Below, piece by piece: positions 18,819 through 20,000 of a stretch of DNA of 20,000 bases. Source of the DNA: Craspedostauros australis. Its lineage: Eukaryota. The stretch lies in the NCBI GenBank assembly GCA_030167865.1, contig JALAGF010004219.1:61014-81013 (forward strand), given 5' to 3'. Below the pieces are notes generated by a model. That model worked only from the letters and a program-made list of their open reading frames with translations. It was not told the DNA's origin and did not search any database. Made by a program: the position numbers and the translations under genes. The stretch's first letter is position 1. Each line of letters begins with the position of its first letter.

Positions 18819-18910
18819 CAGGAGGGTACGATCGCAGTGGGCCTATCGAGGATCAGCGCGAGATTGGCGTCGTGTCAGCCTTTCTCGAGACGCTTGCTGT
18901 CTCTTGGTCT

Positions 18911-18965
18911 TGTAATATAATATTATTATAGAATATTCTATAGAATATAATAATGTAATATAATA
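18911..18965. repeat. AT-rich palindromic island flanked by 12-bp direct repeats
   Basis: TGTAATATAATA at 18911-18922 and 18954-18965. Perfect 16-bp palindromes TATAGAATATTCTATA (18927-18942) and ATATTCTATAGAATAT (18933-18948). Confidence 0.85.
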
Positions 18966-19802
18966 GTTGCAAGAGGGAAGAGTATGCGATGGTATGAGCG
19001 GAGAGTGGCTCCACGATGTACTCTGTGTCCACTCCACTTCAGCGCTTTCGCTTGTGTGCTGTGGTGATGCCTTTGTGCGTTCTTCCCTTGACGTTCGCGT
19101 TCTCCCACGTCAACGAGGATGGCGCCATGACTCGTGCACGCAGACGCGAAACACGCGACAACCACCACCACCACCACACAGAAGTGCCGCACCCGATTTT
19201 CCCGCAGTTCGCCCAACACCAAAACTCGCGAAGTTTTCCATCTCCCTGATTCATGATTGATCCATCTGCGGTGACACGTTGTCGGAGAAACTGTCTCAGC
19301 TCGGAATTTCATTGGATGGATGATGTCGTCCATCTCTTTCTTGACGGTTCGTTGGATTCCTCCGCGTCTTGGGAACTACCGACTCCTTCGATTGAATTGA
19401 CACCAATCAAAGTAACAACCAAACAAGAAAAGCCGAACAAAGAAACATCAAAACACATCACAACACATCTGTCGTGATGTGTCTGGGGCGGAGTAGATCG
19501 CATTGGTCGGAGGACGATCCCAACGAAGAAAACAGGCATCAAGGAGAGAAGCGGCTGGAGACCCGAATCCAGAGAGAGGATCCAACCACCAGCCACTGGC
19601 CAGGAAAGCGGTGCGAACAGCGAACACAAACCGCCATTCTGATGTTCGCGCTGGGGCTTCCGGTAAACTGCCGGACATGGTGGTTCGGGTGCATTTTAAC
19701 GGACTTACGAACACTGTTAGTCGTGAATGAGATTTTATTAGTCTTGATTGCCATGTCCTTCAGACATTGTCGTCGCCACTCGCGACTCGTATCTGTGCGA
19801 TG

Positions 19803-19950
19803 TCAAAAGATGCCCTAAAATAGGGCACCTTTTCAAAACGTGCCTTAAATTAGGGCATCTTTTCAAAACGTGCCTTATATAGGGCACCTTTTCAAAACGT
19901 GCCCTGAATAGGGCATCTTTTCAAAACGTGCCCTAAATAGGGCACCTTTT
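19803..19950. repeat. Tandem array of five 29-30 bp palindromic units, approximate consensus TCAAAACGTGCCYTAAATAGGGCAYCTTT
   Basis: Units start at 19803, 19833, 19863, 19892 and 19921. Each has a TGCC(C/T)T-loop-AGGGCA inverted repeat flanked by AAAA/TTTT. Confidence 0.95.
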
Positions 19951-20000
19951 CTCCCTCACCCACATGTCGCTGTTCGCAGCCGATTGGACGACAGAAAGAG

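Noticed and set aside
18594-19818. Short ORFs upstream of the kinase as a possible transposase or small gene
   Set aside because: No transposase, RT or other motifs; translations are dominated by simple repeats.
19803-19950. CRISPR array (palindromic ~30-bp repeats)
   Set aside because: The units are directly adjacent with no unique spacers, there are no cas genes, and the context is eukaryotic.

Overview
Eukaryotic, GC-rich, gene-dense genomic window; protein content and intron style suggest a diatom or related stramenopile (inference). It holds five protein-coding genes: (1) the 3' part of a BT1-like folate-biopterin MFS transporter (+); (2) splicing factor YJU2/CCDC94 (+); (3) TFIIH p62/TFB1 (-); (4) a ~2112-aa chromatin-reader-like protein (+) with an acidic tract, a Tudor-like module split by an in-frame 171-nt intron, two CW zinc fingers and an AT-hook; (5) a three-exon ~1121-aa TKL-type kinase (-) that the ORF track splits into three ORFs. 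Once spliced, the kinase has a His/Gln-rich N-terminus, a GAF-like sensor domain and a C-terminal kinase domain. Notable non-coding features: all three inferred introns have long AG-free zones before the acceptor (about 407 nt in the largest); a 5-copy array of palindromic 29-30 bp units lies at the right end; and two AT-rich islands upstream of genes share an 11-mer. No rRNA, tRNA, CRISPR array or transposase was seen. All family calls come from motif recognition by eye, not database searches.
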